DNA from: Macrostomum lignano
Lineage: Eukaryota
Reading direction: 5' to 3'
NCBI GenBank assembly: GCA_002269645.1
Contig: NIVC01000479.1
Coordinates: 248,001 to 312,000, forward strand
Length of the DNA: 64,000 nucleotides
The notes under the pieces were generated by a model, which saw nothing but the letters and a program-made list of their open reading frames with translations, had not been told where the DNA came from and did not search any database. This document shows, in pieces, positions 62,058-64,000 of the stretch (positions within the stretch are counted from its first letter, which is position 1; each line of letters starts with the position of its first letter). Position numbers and translations under genes: made by a program.

Positions 62058-62420
62058 TTAAGTTGACCAGGTGCAGAACTTACTCAGACACGGGGTGACG
62101 CTCGGCTTGGAGCGACGCTCCACAATCGGACCTGGCGGTGTTGGTGCCATTGGAAAACCAGCTGGATTCTCGGCGGCGTTCCAGGGACGATTTTTAGATG
62201 GATCGAAGTGCTCCTCGAACTGCCTCTGCTGCTGCTGCTCACGCTGGAGCATCTTCTCCTCGATGAGCAGTCGACGCATCAGCTGAACGAGCTCTGCTTG
62301 GTCGTCGGTCTCGAAAATGTGTCGGTTCGATGGCGACTTGAAAGGCCGAGCGTTCACGGCTTGATAACAGATGGACGACAGGAGAACGAGCAGGACAATG
62401 GGACCAGCTGCTGCTCTCAT
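62058..62420 (-). CDS. Neuropeptide precursor-like protein (120 aa) with a C-terminal C-x4-C peptide, urotensin II-like candidate
   Basis: Signal peptide MRAAAGPIVLLVLLSSICYQAVNA; RR at ERR|SKPSVTPCLSKFCTWST-stop; putative 5'UTR intron 62518-62433 (GTAAGT...TTTCAG). Confidence 0.8.
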   Translation of the reverse strand: MRAAAGPIVLLVLLSSICYQAVNARPFKSPSNRHIFETDDQAELVQLMRRLLIEEKMLQREQQQQRQFEEHFDPSKNRPWNAAENPAGFPMAPTPPGPIVERRSKPSVTPCLSKFCTWST

Positions 62421-62594
62421 GGTGACCAGAGTCTGAAACAGGTGAAACGTACCTGTAAAATGTCACGGCAAACCCATACGGCTACTGGCAGTTGCAGTAA
62501 TAACGGTTCGTAACTTACCGATTGGGTTTCTTTAAGAAGTGCGTGTTAATCAGAAAATTGTGTAGGCGAATTTGTTAAGCGCCTAAAACAACTG

Positions 62595-62621
62595 TATTTA
62601 TAGACAATAAGCTTAGCCAAT
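62595..62621 (-). promoter_or_regulatory. Putative core promoter of the 62058-62420 gene: TATAAATA (62602-62595) plus an inverted CCAAT box (62617-62621)
   Basis: Motifs lie ~75-100 bp upstream of the 5'UTR splice donor at 62519; sequence match only. Confidence 0.5.
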
Positions 62622-64000
62622 GGCGCCAGAGCGCGTTGGTGGGCCGGCGGCAAGTAGGCGTTGTCCTGATAAATTATTTTTTAGCCACAGACTTTCCACT
62701 TTTTTATTAACTGATGGACAGATAATTGAAAATTTTCAACAGCTTTTACACTGATTATCGAGCCATTTCATTTTTTCGTTATTTAATTTTTTATCAGCTT
62801 GAAAAAAACTAAGAGAAAGCATCAAATCGACGCATCTGTCGCTCTGAACTTTGTAAGTCAATTAAGTCAATTGATGGTCGTCATTTTTTAATTTACCAAT
62901 ATAGTAAAATTGGGAAAATTTAAAATTAAATTGGTAAAATAGTAAAATTTAAATAAAATGTTTTTTTCCAATTACATAATGCGCAATGGAATTATCGTCA
63001 TTATTATTAGTTAGTTACCAATTTTTATCGCTTCTATGTGGTTTTTCAAGTCCATACCAAGACGACAACCGACTACTCGTAGAGGGGCCAATCAGATACT
63101 GTCGTACACAATTTAAGCGACTGCCTGCGTCGGGTTCCACAAGTGCATCCTGTGACGGAATATGTCGCTGGATTCACACCGTCTTGATAGAATCGCAAGC
63201 GCGCTCGATGGGATTATTCCTTGTAAATCTCTGGAATCTGGACGTTTTGAAGGCCCAATTTTAGATTAGAACGAAGGCAATTCAATTCTCGGCTCGGCCA
63301 TGACACACGAGGGAAATTTAATAAGCTATCAAGATTGATATCAGGATGGGAGTACATGCTTGCTGCTTTAAACACCTTTATTCCGCAGAAGCCAGACTTG
63401 GCTTTTTACATGTTCATGGGGACTAACGTATAATCCATTATGCTAAAAATTGTTTGTCGGTAGGTAGGTATCTATCTATCTATGTTTGTGATCGATTAGA
63501 GAAAAATATAATGCTAAAGTTGGACTGTTAAATAGTATCCATGCCAGGTGTCACCGACGCGATGGGATACTTAAAGGCTGAGCGCCGTGATAACTGCTGA
63601 ATTGGAAAAAAGCGGCGACCCTGGGGCGCGCCTGAGAGCAGAAACATCCCACCGGTGAATTTGTGTTTTCTTGTCTTTGGATGGTTCAAGGCCGCAATTA
63701 CTCATACTCATGCATACATGTGCATCATCACCAGAGTGGTTAAAATTATAGTTAATCGATTGTCAGCAAAGCGCTGCATATTCAGGGTGCCAGCACATGT
63801 ACATCTACTATGGCTCGATACGTACAGTCTAAATGCATTGAAATGCAAAATTCTGAGCTACATCTAGTCTATACGATAGAGAATTAAGTCAAAAAATGAA
63901 AAAATATCAAACCACTGTTTGCGATCTCGCTACGAGCGAATTAAGAAGACAATATGCTACCAAGAGTTTTTCTGTCCCAAGATGTAATAAAGGATTTATT

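Noticed and set aside
62986-63264. 92-aa ORF with a hydrophobic N-terminus, divergent from the UII-like gene
   Set aside because: AT-rich codons, no domain, length within chance expectation

Overview
Eukaryotic (invertebrate metazoan) genomic DNA with GT-AG introns. The very high minisatellite load suggests a flatworm such as Macrostomum, but this is inference only. Seven protein-coding genes were assembled or read by hand. (1) A 10-exon, 732-aa punctin/MADD-4/ADAMTSL1-3-like gene on the minus strand (9356-20418): signal peptide, 4 TSP1, Ig, 3 TSP1, PLAC. (2,3) Two divergent 4-exon TNF-superfamily-like type II membrane proteins on the plus strand (25932-27933, 36888-40131) with identical intron phases. 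(4,5) Two intronless single-Ig type I membrane paralogs on the minus strand (42143-42913, 49399-49908) sharing an Asp in the TM helix. (6,7) Two small secreted precursor-like genes on the minus strand (51848-52186, 62058-62420); the second ends in an RR-released C-x4-C peptide resembling urotensin II. The rest is about 30 different tandem arrays, a LINE 3' fragment, a CORE-SINE-like relic, three decayed mariner elements and several hAT- or Mutator-like MITEs, some with target-site duplications. Nearly all long ORFs in the supplied track are artefacts of tandem repeats. No rRNA, tRNA or CRISPR was recognised. Exon calls come from manual translation and splice-phase matching, without transcript evidence. 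Copy numbers are span/unit estimates.
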